A stretch of 64,000 nucleotides of DNA from Nitrospinota bacterium (GTDB lineage: Bacteria; Nitrospinota_A; UBA7883): the NCBI GenBank assembly GCA_965223725.1, contig CBDCXE010000002.1, forward strand, positions 254,546 to 318,545. The letters run 5' to 3'. The translations under genes were made by a program, and so were the position numbers. Within the stretch, counting starts at the first letter, position 1, and every line of letters begins with the position of its first letter. The notes beneath the pieces were generated by a model, which ran no database searches, was not told the DNA's origin, and saw only the letters and a program-made list of their open reading frames with translations. Shown here in pieces: positions 30,508 to 40,047 of this stretch.

Positions 30508-31554
30508 TCAGAACTGGTAAAACAGTTCGAAAGCTATCTCTGATTTGTTTCCTTGCAAGACGCCATCCCTGTCTGGGAAAACTTTCTCGTCAGAAGATGT
30601 ATACTTAAATTCCGCCCGCGCTGTCAGCTCTTCTGTCAACAGGTAGGTTGGGCTGATGGTAAACGCGGTTCGGTTTTCTGTGAAGAAAGAGCCGAGCCTG
30701 GCGCCATCCTTGTCATCAAAGTTTTCCAGCCGCGCCGTGAAAGAAAGCTGATCATCCCAAAAATATTTTGCCATCAGCAACCACGCGGTCCATGTCGCGT
30801 CGTCCCCTGTGACTATGTTCGATTGCCCTGTGAAGCTGCCCATGTTGAACTCGCCGCCGATCAAAAGGCTGTCAAAATACTTGGACGATAAATCAACATC
30901 AAATACTGTCAGGTCGTCGGTAGGCTCTTCACCCTCCGCGCCGGTGATGAACGATAGGCCCACATCCACAGCGTCTACTATATTAAACGCCACGCGGGCG
31001 CCGAAGGTTTTGGCGGTGTTGTCATCCTCGATCTTGTCCCAACCGTTGACAATATAAACGCTGTAATCGAACCACTTGGTATAACCAGACGCCATGGCGC
31101 CTGTAAGGTTTTTTGGAACGCCATAGTCGAACAGCATAGAGTGTGAGACCTGGTGCATATCCACCGGGTCCTGCGCTTCTAAACCGATAGGCGCGTTGAA
31201 CTTGCCAAAGGTGAACTTAACGTCGTACCTTTTCAATCCATACCAAATATATCCTTGCTCGACTATATTATCGGTCGTCTGCTTTTGCCCGTTAAGATGG
31301 TTCAGGTCAACACGGAATCCCGCGCGATCATTGATACCTTTTTCCAGGTCCAGCTCAACTTCATCCATCGCAAAACTGTTTTCTCCATTGGAGAAATCGT
31401 ATTTGTACGATGTGTCCAGAAATCCAAAAAACTTTAATCCTTCCGTTATATCAGCTGCGTTGGCAATGGGCGCCGTCCCTAAAATGGCGAGCCCCAGGGC
31501 GAGAGCCGATGTCCAGGCTCTGATCATGCGCAATTCCTTTCTCAAAATTTCCAT
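30508..31554 (-). CDS. Outer-membrane beta-barrel porin-like protein
   Basis: Signal peptide (ALALGLAILGTAPIANA); alternating amphipathic strands; C-terminal aromatic (..FELFYQF). Confidence 0.45.
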   Translation of the reverse strand: MEILRKELRMIRAWTSALALGLAILGTAPIANAADITEGLKFFGFLDTSYKYDFSNGENSFAMDEVELDLEKGINDRAGFRVDLNHLNGQKQTTDNIVEQGYIWYGLKRYDVKFTFGKFNAPIGLEAQDPVDMHQVSHSMLFDYGVPKNLTGAMASGYTKWFDYSVYIVNGWDKIEDDNTAKTFGARVAFNIVDAVDVGLSFITGAEGEEPTDDLTVFDVDLSSKYFDSLLIGGEFNMGSFTGQSNIVTGDDATWTAWLLMAKYFWDDQLSFTARLENFDDKDGARLGSFFTENRTAFTISPTYLLTEELTARAEFKYTSSDEKVFPDRDGVLQGNKSEIAFELFYQF

Positions 31555-31622
31555 TCGATTTTATACAAGTCCCCCACAAATAAGCAGAGGACATTGTACA
31601 CGGAATCGGCGTGATTTTTCAG

Positions 31623-32378
31623 TTATTTTGAGCTTCTGGTGATACTATTCAAGAACGGCTCAATAAAGTCCATAGGCAGCGGCACGATGTTGTTGGTGGT
31701 GCCTTCGGAAGATATCTCGCGGATCGTTTGTAAATATCGCAGTGTGATGGCGGCCGGTCTCTTCTCGATTATCAGCGCCGCCTCGGCCAGCTTCTCCGCC
31801 GCCTGATACTCACCCTGGGCATTGATGATTTTCGCGCGCCGTTCCCGCTCGGCTTCCGCCTGCTTGGCCATGGCCCGTTGCATCTCGCTGGGCAGATCGA
31901 CATGCTTGATCTCGACGTTGGAGACTTTGATGCCCCACGGGTCGGTCCGCTTGTCGAGCAGCTCCTGCAGCTCGTGATTTATTTTCTCCCGTTCGGAGAG
32001 CAGCTCATCGAGCTCCACCCCGCCAAGGACGGATCGGAGGCTGGTCTGCGACAACTGGCCTGTGGCGTAGTAGTAATCCTCCACCTGGATGACAGCGTTC
32101 TCCGCGTCGAGCACTTTGAAATAGACGACGGCGTTGACTTTGACCGAGACGTTATCGCGGGTGATGATATCCTGGGAGGGAACATCGAGGGCGATCAGTC
32201 GGAGGTCGACCTTTGTCATCTTATCGATCACCGGCCAGAGTATGATCAACCCCGGCCCTTTGACTTTGTGAAACCTGCCAAGCCGGAAAATGACACCGCG
32301 TTCATACTCCTTGAGGACGCGGAAGATCGACATTAATACCGCCAGGGCAAATATGAGGGCTAGTAAAGTTCCAGGCAT
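31623..32378 (-). CDS. SPFH/Band-7 (stomatin/prohibitin-like) membrane protein
   Basis: N-terminal TM; [49 protein letters not shown] core; C-terminal coiled coil. Confidence 0.85.
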   Translation of the reverse strand: MPGTLLALIFALAVLMSIFRVLKEYERGVIFRLGRFHKVKGPGLIILWPVIDKMTKVDLRLIALDVPSQDIITRDNVSVKVNAVVYFKVLDAENAVIQVEDYYYATGQLSQTSLRSVLGGVELDELLSEREKINHELQELLDKRTDPWGIKVSNVEIKHVDLPSEMQRAMAKQAEAERERRAKIINAQGEYQAAEKLAEAALIIEKRPAAITLRYLQTIREISSEGTTNNIVPLPMDFIEPFLNSITRSSK

Positions 32379-32742
32379 GGCTCGCTCCTTAGTTTAATTT
32401 GGTATACACGACAGGCCCAATAAACTGCAAAAATCAAACGGTTAAAATCGATCACCTGTCATATTAAAATTCTACACGATTTGGCCAAAAATAGGGAGCC
32501 CAGAGTAACAACACCCAAAACCACAACAATGTATAACTGAATCTAAGTCCAGGTCATCATTCAATCTCCTATATTATAAATAATACTATAGTCATGTATA
32601 AGTATAGATCATTAATGATTAATGTCAAGAATAATATGTTATAAATTTTATGCTATTCGAGCAGATTTTTATTCTATAATAATAGCCGGGCACTTTTGCG
32701 ATGGTGGATCATGCCGGACCCTATCGTTTTTGAGGAAAGATT

Positions 32743-32952
32743 ATGCGATATATTGTCGTCCTTGTCTGCTCTCTGTTTATGTTTTCCCTGCTCGCGCATG
32801 CGCATGGTGGAGGCCTGGATCAGCAAGGTGGGCACCATAACCGGAAACAGGGCGAATACCATTTCCACCGCGGTCCGTTGGCAGGCAAGAAGTTCAATTC
32901 GAAAAAAGAGGCCACCGAGGCGCTGGTAAAAGCAATAAAGAAAAGTAAATAA
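32743..32952 (+). CDS. Small secreted YHYH-motif protein
   Basis: Signal peptide; His-rich HAHGGGLDQQGGHHNRKQGEYHFH; strong RBS GAGGAAAG; low-GC gene. Confidence 0.5.
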   Translation: MRYIVVLVCSLFMFSLLAHAHGGGLDQQGGHHNRKQGEYHFHRGPLAGKKFNSKKEATEALVKAIKKSK

Positions 32953-33429
32953 ATGCTATCAGATATTGTTTCATTGATAAAGGAGATCGACTGGTACGCT
33001 ACAATTTCATTGGTTACAGCTATCATTGCTCTTTTGGTAAGTATCATCGCAAATCGAAAAGCAAATGATATAAATATACGTCAGCTTGAAATTGAGGAAC
33101 AGAGGGAGAAAGAGAAGCAAGCTTTAAATTTGTCGGCAAAGCTGAGCGCAAAATTGATTAGGAGCAATAATCGCGAACGATTGGTACTTATTAATTCTGG
33201 AAATTCTGAAGCTAGAAACTTGCGTATGGCCTTAGATGGAAGGCCCTACTCTGAACATAATGTGGTTGTTGACTCTTTGCCCGAAATGGTCGGTCCAAAC
33301 TCAAAAATTGGCTGTGCAATGAGTTTTACCTATGCTGATAGACCACAACTTGACATTAAAGTAGTTTGGGATGATGATCTTCAAAATGATAGAGTGTATC
33401 GAACAATACTCAGAATTGAAGAGATGTAG
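32953..33429 (+). CDS. Hypothetical single-pass membrane protein (N-terminal TM, coiled-coil, C-terminal domain)
   Basis: ATG abuts the stop of the preceding gene (TAAATG); TM YATISLVTAIIALLVSIIA; stop lies 2 bp before the HigA-like start; low GC. Confidence 0.5.
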   Translation: MLSDIVSLIKEIDWYATISLVTAIIALLVSIIANRKANDINIRQLEIEEQREKEKQALNLSAKLSAKLIRSNNRERLVLINSGNSEARNLRMALDGRPYSEHNVVVDSLPEMVGPNSKIGCAMSFTYADRPQLDIKVVWDDDLQNDRVYRTILRIEEM

Positions 33430-33431
33430 CA

Positions 33432-33722
33432 ATGTTACCAAAAAAACGTCCGCCGACCCATCCGGGCGAGATGTTGCTCAAGGAGTTCCTGGAGCCGACC
33501 AATACCACGCAGACGAAGTTCGCCCGTCATCTCGGCTGGTCGTTCGCCCGGTTGAACGAGATCATAAACGGCAAACGTGGCGTCACTGCGGATTCGGCCA
33601 TCGCTTTTGGAGAGGCGTTGCGGACCGGACCGGAGTTCTGGCTGAACCTCCAGCGCGACTGGGACCTTTGGCACGCCCGCAAGAAGCATAAGCCTGTGGG
33701 CCCGTTACTGAAAACAGGTTAA
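33432..33722 (+). CDS. higA: HigA-family antitoxin-like HTH (XRE) protein
   Basis: HPGEMLLKEFLEP...TQTKFARHLGWSFARLNEIINGKRGVTADSAIAFGEALRTGPEFWLNLQRDWDLW matches the HigA/VapI consensus (HPGE..L.E.FL..., GKR.iT...A..L...fG....fWlnLQ..yDL). Confidence 0.8.
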   Translation: MLPKKRPPTHPGEMLLKEFLEPTNTTQTKFARHLGWSFARLNEIINGKRGVTADSAIAFGEALRTGPEFWLNLQRDWDLWHARKKHKPVGPLLKTG

Positions 33723-33728
33723 AAAACC

Positions 33729-35006
33729 CTAATACAACAACCCTACCAAAAACAGACTCAACCACGGTATATACGTAATAATAATCAGCGCGACGATGAG
33801 TACCATCATCCAGGGGATGGCGGCGCGTGTCACTTCGCCGAGGCTCATGTTGCACAGCCCGGCGGCGACGTAGAGGTTCAGCCCCACCGGCGGGGTGATC
33901 ATCCCCACCTCCATGTTCGTGGTCATCACCACGCCGAGGTGGATCGGGTCGATGCCGAGGCTGATGGCGATCGGGTGGAACAGCGGCGCCAGGATCAGCA
34001 GTATGGCCGACGGCTCCATGAAATCGCCCGCGAACCAGAGGATCACGTTGACCATCAACAGGAACGACCAGGGGCTCGGGTCGGTGTCGAGCACGGCCTC
34101 GGCCAGGTGCTGCGGTATCCGCTCCTCGGTCAGGGTGTGGGCGAAGATCATGGCGCAGGCGATTATAAATAATAATACCGATGTCATCTTCGCCGACTCC
34201 AGCAGCACCGTCGGGATGTCCCGCACGCCCATATCGTTATAGACAAACAGCGCGATGATGGCCGAATAGACCGCCGCCACCGCCGCCGCCTCGGTGGGGG
34301 TGAAGGCGCCCGCATAGATGCCGCCGACCACGATGAATATCAGCAACAGCCCCCAGAACGCGCTGCGGAACGTTGACCAGAGATGCCCGAACCCTTGCCA
34401 ATCCTCCTTCGGCATGTTGAGCCGTTTGGCTGTGATCCAGGTGGCGGTCATCAGGCAGAGCCCCATCACCATGCCGGGCAGGATGCCGGCGATGAACATC
34501 TTGCCCACCGACTCCTCCACCGCGTCGGCATATACGATCATCGGGATGGAGGGCGGGATCAGGATGCCCATGCTGCCCGATGTGGCGATCACCCCCACGG
34601 CGAACCGTTTGTCATAGCCCGCGGCGATCATGCCGGGGATCATGATCGAGCCGATGGCCACCACCGTCGCCGGTGACGACCCGGAGATGGCCGCGAACAA
34701 CATGCAGGCCACCACCCCCGCCATGGCCAACCCGCCGGTCATCCAGCCGACCAGCGCCCGGGCGAAGTTGATTATCCGGTGCGACACGCCGCCGGTGGTC
34801 AGAAAGTGCGACGACAATATGAAAAACGGTATCGCCAGCAGGGTCGAATGCTCCATGGTGTCGAACAGTTTCTGCGCCACGATCACCGTCGCATCCTCCG
34901 TGGCCAGCGCTGTGAACAGCAGGCTCGACAGGCCAAGGCTGATAGCGATCGGGACCCCTATGAGCAGTAGCGCCAGCAGCCCAATGAACAACAGCGTCAC
35001 GCTCAT
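33729..35006 (-). CDS. dctM: TRAP transporter large permease subunit
   Basis: About 12 TM; start refined to MSVTLLFIG (ATG at 35006); ATGA overlap with dctQ stop. Confidence 0.9.
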   Translation of the reverse strand: MSVTLLFIGLLALLLIGVPIAISLGLSSLLFTALATEDATVIVAQKLFDTMEHSTLLAIPFFILSSHFLTTGGVSHRIINFARALVGWMTGGLAMAGVVACMLFAAISGSSPATVVAIGSIMIPGMIAAGYDKRFAVGVIATSGSMGILIPPSIPMIVYADAVEESVGKMFIAGILPGMVMGLCLMTATWITAKRLNMPKEDWQGFGHLWSTFRSAFWGLLLIFIVVGGIYAGAFTPTEAAAVAAVYSAIIALFVYNDMGVRDIPTVLLESAKMTSVLLFIIACAMIFAHTLTEERIPQHLAEAVLDTDPSPWSFLLMVNVILWFAGDFMEPSAILLILAPLFHPIAISLGIDPIHLGVVMTTNMEVGMITPPVGLNLYVAAGLCNMSLGEVTRAAIPWMMVLIVALIIITYIPWLSLFLVGLLY

Positions 35007-35539
35007 TGCTGATCCCCATCGGTTGTGACCTGCTGGTGGGCGTATCCTTCCGCCTCGCTGCCGGCGACCCTCCGCAACTCGCCTTTCCAGATGGCCACGC
35101 CCACCTGTAAAAAGTGGATTATCATCAGGCCGAGGCCCACCGGGATGGCCAGGTATGGTATCCATTGCGGGATCTGCAGGTCGAGGGTCAGGTCGCCCCA
35201 CTGATATATTTTACGGATGTAATAGATCGACAGATAAAAAACCCAGCCGGTGAACAGCAGGCAAAGGCTCAGCCCCAGCAAGGCGATCCGGCGCTGGTTC
35301 GCTATGGAAAACCGGTCGATCAGGATATCGATGCCCAGATGCGCGCCCTTTTTCACGCCATAGGCCGCGCCCACCAGCACAACCCAGGCGAACAGATACT
35401 GCACCGCCTCCAGCGCCCAGGTGAACCCGGTGTCGAACAGATAGCGGGCCACAACATTGGCGAACAGCAGCAACGTGGCCGACGCCAGCCCGAGGGTTAT
35501 GATTGTCTGCTCCAGCCTGACGATGACCCGGTCGAGCAT
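35003..35539 (-). CDS. dctQ: TRAP transporter small permease subunit
   Basis: 4 TM, 178 aa, immediately upstream of dctM with 4-bp overlap. Confidence 0.8.
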   Translation of the reverse strand: MLDRVIVRLEQTIITLGLASATLLLFANVVARYLFDTGFTWALEAVQYLFAWVVLVGAAYGVKKGAHLGIDILIDRFSIANQRRIALLGLSLCLLFTGWVFYLSIYYIRKIYQWGDLTLDLQIPQWIPYLAIPVGLGLMIIHFLQVGVAIWKGELRRVAGSEAEGYAHQQVTTDGDQQ

Positions 35540-35551
35540 GGGATGCGCTTC

Positions 35552-36574
35552 CTAATGGGGCGCCTGGTTACCCAGCACGCCATGAACCTGCTCCAGCAGA
35601 TCGGCCCCGATCTGCCGGGCGAATTTGCCTTCCACCCCGGCCACCGCCGCCTTCCATTGGGCGCGTTCCTCTTCGGTCAGTTCGACCACTTTTGCCTTGC
35701 CGGCCTGCTCGATCTTCGCTCTGTCACTGTCGCTGGCCGCAGCGGCGAATTTGGCGGATTCGCTGGTGACATCCTTGATGATCGCCTCCAGTTCCGCCCG
35801 GATATCGTCCGGCAATCCGTCCCAGAACTGGGCGCTGACCACCAGCAGATAGCCGAGGTAGGAATGATTGGAGACAGAGATATAATCCTGCACCTCGAAA
35901 AACTTTTTCGAATATATATTGGACCATGCATTCTCCTGTCCATCCACGACACCTTGCCCCAGGGATGAATAAACTTCCTTGAACGGCAGTTTCTGCGGCA
36001 CTCCACCCAGCGCTTTAATCATCTCCTCATGCACATCGGAGGTCTGGATCCGGAATTTTTTGCCTTTGAAATCGTCCGGCGCGACCCGCAGCGGTTTATC
36101 ACCGCGGATAGAGAACACCTTCATCCCGTTATCCCAAAACCCGAGCGCCTTCAGGCCCTTCCGCTGCAACGGATCGGTCATCAATTTGGCCACCGGCGAG
36201 CGGGTCAGCTTATGCACATCGTCGAGGTTGTGGAACAGAAACGGAATATCGAACACCTGGATGGTTCTGGAAAACTTGACAAATTTAGAGAGGCTCGGCG
36301 CGCCCATTATACCGGTGGTTTTGCTGTCGGACAGGCGCATCGCCTCGATCACCTTGTTGTCGTTATACAACTGGGAGCTGGGGAACACCTCCATGCGCAC
36401 CCTTCCCTGCAGCTTTTCATTCACGGTTTTGGCCAGCAGGTCGGCGGCCTTGCCCTTCGGTGTGTTCGGGCTGACCACGTGTGAAAATTTGATCACATAC
36501 TCCGCGGCCTGTGCGGATGGTGCGGCGAAGAGGATGGTTATACAGATTATGATTGCACGGGTGAAGGTTTTCAT
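35552..36574 (-). CDS. dctP: TRAP transporter substrate-binding protein
   Basis: Signal peptide; DctP-family SBP blocks (KFSHVVSPNTPKGKAADLLAKTVNEKLQGRV...). Confidence 0.9.
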   Translation of the reverse strand: MKTFTRAIIICITILFAAPSAQAAEYVIKFSHVVSPNTPKGKAADLLAKTVNEKLQGRVRMEVFPSSQLYNDNKVIEAMRLSDSKTTGIMGAPSLSKFVKFSRTIQVFDIPFLFHNLDDVHKLTRSPVAKLMTDPLQRKGLKALGFWDNGMKVFSIRGDKPLRVAPDDFKGKKFRIQTSDVHEEMIKALGGVPQKLPFKEVYSSLGQGVVDGQENAWSNIYSKKFFEVQDYISVSNHSYLGYLLVVSAQFWDGLPDDIRAELEAIIKDVTSESAKFAAAASDSDRAKIEQAGKAKVVELTEEERAQWKAAVAGVEGKFARQIGADLLEQVHGVLGNQAPH

Positions 36575-36685
36575 TGCTTATGGCTCCTATTTTGTCTGCT
36601 TTAATACTGGCTAAACCGCATATTGGATTTTAGCCGACAATGGCGCATTATTGAAGCTTCTATTCACCACGGTGCGTATAATAGG

Positions 36686-36720
36686 GCAAAAAAATGGAGA
36701 CGCCGAAGCGCCTCCATTCG
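36686..36720 (-). terminator. Rho-independent terminator after the FadL-like gene (minus strand)
   Basis: Minus-strand hairpin ggaggcgcttcggcgtctcc followed by atttttttg. Confidence 0.55.
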
Positions 36721-36731
36721 GAGAGCCACAA

Positions 36732-38084
36732 TTACTTATTGCTGAAGTTATGAGTAATTGAGAGTAGTAAAGATGTCTGTTTCAAAGAGACCGTTGTCCC
36801 GGAGGATTGACCCGGCCCCAGGTCGTTCACACCGGTCAGCTTGTTCTCGGAAGCGATCATGCCGGCCAACCCGACCATCCAATGGTCACCCAGGCTGACA
36901 TCGACCCCGGCGGTGAAATGATCCTCTACTATGGCAGGGAACGCCGCGTTGTTGAACACGTCCTCTTCGCCGATGGGCGAGTCGCCATGGTTATACCCGA
37001 CCCGGGCGGTGACCATGGGGGTGAAAACATACTCCGCCGCGACAGCGAACACCCACATGTCATCCCAGCCGAACTGGAGCGGCATGCTGCCTGCCTGACC
37101 CACCGGCTGACCCGTGGCCATGCTGACCAGGGCGAAATTACCATCGAGGCTCTGCTGGTCGTCATGGGTGGCGCTGAAATTGATCCACTTCACATCGGCG
37201 GTGACTTTCAGCCTGTCGTTGGGCGTGATGGCCGCGCCCATGGCGAACTGCTGTGGAAAATTCATCTTCCATTTATACGTGCCGTCGGAGTTGACGAAGG
37301 CGTTGCCCCGGCCGTCCGGGAACACGATGTCACCCTGCGAAAGGCGATACTCCATGTTCTGGAACGCCTGCTCCGTGATATACGTGGCGCCCACCTGGAC
37401 CAGATCGTTGACCTTGTAGATCACGCCGAATGTCGCGCCGAACCCAAGGGCCCCCTCCGGTTTGGAAAGGTCCGCGCCCACATACTGGGCCGGGTTGCCC
37501 GGGTTGGTGTATTTCTGTTTGAAGCTAAGCTGCTGATAATCGATGTTCAACGAAACACCCACAGAGAGCCGGTCGTTGATTTTTTTTGCCAGCGTAGGAG
37601 CCAGCTTGGCGAACTGGTACTGCGTGAACAGGTTGGCCTTCCACGGCGTGAAATCGCCCATCTGCGCGTTGAAAGGTATTGAGTCAATAGTGTCATAATC
37701 GACACCCATACCAGCCAGCCAGAACATCCCGCCGCCGAAATAAAGGTCATCCCTGCCGTCGACCGGGCCGACCCAGCCCACGGCCGGCACCAGATACAGG
37801 TCCGATCCGCCTTCAGTTTTCTGGCCGCCGGATGCAGTGAAATCCACAGATCGAGTCGGCATAAAACCCTCGAACGAAAAATCAGCCTTGGTGCCGATCA
37901 GGGCCATGCCGGCCGGATTGGAAATCGCCGTGGCTGTGCTGCCGGGCGCCGCAGTGACCGCGCCTGCCATGCCCTTTTGATAAGCGCCCACACCGATCAT
38001 CTGGTGGCCATTGGTGGCCCAGGCCGCGCCGTTGAAGGACAATGTGAACGTGACTGCTATAAGAAATATTGCAAATTTCCACAT
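36732..38084 (-). CDS. FadL/TodX-family outer-membrane hydrophobic-compound transporter-like protein
   Basis: Start refined to MWKFAIFLIAVTFTLSF (SD GAGGAG 8 nt upstream); signal peptide; long beta-barrel with Gly/aromatic strands; C-terminal hatch-like N-terminus typical of the FadL family. Confidence 0.5.
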   Translation of the reverse strand: MWKFAIFLIAVTFTLSFNGAAWATNGHQMIGVGAYQKGMAGAVTAAPGSTATAISNPAGMALIGTKADFSFEGFMPTRSVDFTASGGQKTEGGSDLYLVPAVGWVGPVDGRDDLYFGGGMFWLAGMGVDYDTIDSIPFNAQMGDFTPWKANLFTQYQFAKLAPTLAKKINDRLSVGVSLNIDYQQLSFKQKYTNPGNPAQYVGADLSKPEGALGFGATFGVIYKVNDLVQVGATYITEQAFQNMEYRLSQGDIVFPDGRGNAFVNSDGTYKWKMNFPQQFAMGAAITPNDRLKVTADVKWINFSATHDDQQSLDGNFALVSMATGQPVGQAGSMPLQFGWDDMWVFAVAAEYVFTPMVTARVGYNHGDSPIGEEDVFNNAAFPAIVEDHFTAGVDVSLGDHWMVGLAGMIASENKLTGVNDLGPGQSSGTTVSLKQTSLLLSITHNFSNK

Positions 38085-38277
38085 GCTTACACTCCTCATA
38101 AAATTAGTATAACGACAGTACTTAAGATAACTTATGGTCAAATAACAGGCTCTGCCCCATGGGCGCCTGCCATATGTCAGCATGATTATTTAATGTTAGA
38201 TTCAATTGCTTTGGAATGGATTCTTTATATTGTCGTACAATGAGAGAATTTTAATGTGGACGTATAAAAAGTGATTT

Positions 38278-39168
38278 ATGAACGACAGTAACGCCAAATC
38301 ACACTCAATTGCATATATTGTGCTGATTCTATCCAGCGCCATGTTTGCGTCCGGATATATTCTGGCCAGGGCGATCAGCCCCGATGTGGCAATGGGAATG
38401 TTTGTGACATTGAGCATGTTTTTCAGCGCAGTGACGCTGTCGATATTCAAGGGAAAGCGGAAACGGGCCAATATTAGTCAGGGCGATATTGCCGCCATGG
38501 TCGCCAATGGTGTCGGTTCGCCGCTCATTGTATTTATGGGTATGGAGGGCGCCAAAACGGTCACCCCGGCCCTTGCTTCTGTTCTTGTGACGTCCAATGT
38601 GCTTATGATCGCGCTGGCGGCCTGGGCGCTGGGCAGAAAGCTTTTCCGCGCAAAGCATGTGGCGGCGCTGGTGTGCGGGTTTCTCGGCATTGTGTGGATC
38701 AGCCTGGAGCGGGGCGTCATGGGCGGCGAGCAGCGGGGCATCGCACTGCTGTTGGGCGCGGCGATTCTGATAGCGTTTGTCACCATCATAATCGAGAAGC
38801 CGGTGTTTGAAATCGGGTGGGCGCCGGTAACGCGATGGACCTTCTGGATGGGTTCGATATTTTCCGCCATATATACTTTGGTCATTGGCCAGTTCGGTTG
38901 GCTGTCGGTCGAACAGACGTTGCTTTGCGTTGTGGTGGGCGCCATCAGTATTGCCGGCCCTGTGGTGACGTTTAATCTGGGAATGAGTAAAATCGGTTCC
39001 GCCGACGCGGCCGCGATCAAGCTGTTGATCCCATTTTTCGCGCTGGTTTACGGCATATTGATATTGGATGAGTACCCGGCGTTTAAGTCGTTTTTGGCGG
39101 CAATAGTGGTGGTCGTATCGGTGGCGATGTATCAGCTGTCTAACGAGAACGTGAAAAAACGGAGTTGA
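38278..39168 (+). CDS. EamA/DMT-superfamily transporter
   Basis: 10 TM in two 5-TM repeats, 296 aa. Confidence 0.7.
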   Translation: MNDSNAKSHSIAYIVLILSSAMFASGYILARAISPDVAMGMFVTLSMFFSAVTLSIFKGKRKRANISQGDIAAMVANGVGSPLIVFMGMEGAKTVTPALASVLVTSNVLMIALAAWALGRKLFRAKHVAALVCGFLGIVWISLERGVMGGEQRGIALLLGAAILIAFVTIIIEKPVFEIGWAPVTRWTFWMGSIFSAIYTLVIGQFGWLSVEQTLLCVVVGAISIAGPVVTFNLGMSKIGSADAAAIKLLIPFFALVYGILILDEYPAFKSFLAAIVVVVSVAMYQLSNENVKKRS

Positions 39169-39169
39169 A

Positions 39170-40030
39170 ATGCCTGGCATGAAAAACGATGGGCTGTGGG
39201 GCGGCCCGAAATATCGAAAAGATACTCTGCCGAAAAACGACTGGGAGTCGAGCGTTTTTGAAAATGTGGATATCGCGCCCGGTTCGAAGATCATCCATAT
39301 CGGCGCCGATGATCTGGATATGACGGAGCGGCTGATGAAGGCGGTCGGCGATGGGTTTGTGCTGCGGGTGGAATATGATGACAACTTGTTCAAAACTGCA
39401 TTGGCAGACAGCCGGTTTCAGGATAAAAACCGTGCGTTGCTGTTCCGGGCCGACCCTTGCGCCATACCCAGCTCTGTTCCGCAGGCGCCGTTCGACCTGC
39501 TGTTTTCCCAAAGCGCGATGGAGCGATGCCCCAACCATACCAGGCTCTTCTCGCGGTTGATCCGTCTGGTCAAGCCGGGCGGCCAGGTCTATGCGGAGCT
39601 GGCGGGCGCCGGTGATTGCAAAGAGCTGACGCAGGTGGTGAACAAGGTTGCCGGCAGTGATGAATTCAGCCGTTATTTCAAAGCGTTTCATTACCCTTAC
39701 CGGCTGTTTGCAGAGCGGGAGCTGAACGAAATTCTGTTTACAACTGGATATGGAAAAGTAAAAGTGACCTCCGGTGAAGTGACTAGAGAGGTTGCGGATG
39801 AATCGTTCGCCGACTGGTTCAGCGAATACCACGGCTATCCATACCTGAAGCAGCTGCCCTCCGGCATGCGGGCTAAATTTGTCGATGCCGTCAAAGGCGC
39901 ATGCTTCGACCAGAAAGGCGTTTACAAAATCAGAAGGTCGATCCTCACATTTCACGGTTACAGGCTGTGGGGCGACCTGATGGGCGAGATGCGACCAGGC
40001 TCTGTCTCCGTCCGTGATGATATCGATTGA
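39170..40030 (+). CDS. Putative SAM-dependent methyltransferase-like protein
   Basis: Rossmann-like IIHIGADDLDMTERL...LLFSQSAMERCPNHTRLFSRLIRLVKPGGQVY (resembles trans-aconitate/Tam-type MT); start 1 bp after the EamA stop. Confidence 0.4.
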   Translation: MPGMKNDGLWGGPKYRKDTLPKNDWESSVFENVDIAPGSKIIHIGADDLDMTERLMKAVGDGFVLRVEYDDNLFKTALADSRFQDKNRALLFRADPCAIPSSVPQAPFDLLFSQSAMERCPNHTRLFSRLIRLVKPGGQVYAELAGAGDCKELTQVVNKVAGSDEFSRYFKAFHYPYRLFAERELNEILFTTGYGKVKVTSGEVTREVADESFADWFSEYHGYPYLKQLPSGMRAKFVDAVKGACFDQKGVYKIRRSILTFHGYRLWGDLMGEMRPGSVSVRDDID

Positions 40031-40047
40031 GATGAAAGGATGACCAA

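Noticed and set aside
30508-31554. The porin-like gene as a possible autotransporter or usher
   Set aside because: 348 aa with a uniform amphipathic beta-strand pattern and a C-terminal Phe fits a general 14-18-strand porin. It has no passenger domain or plug domain.
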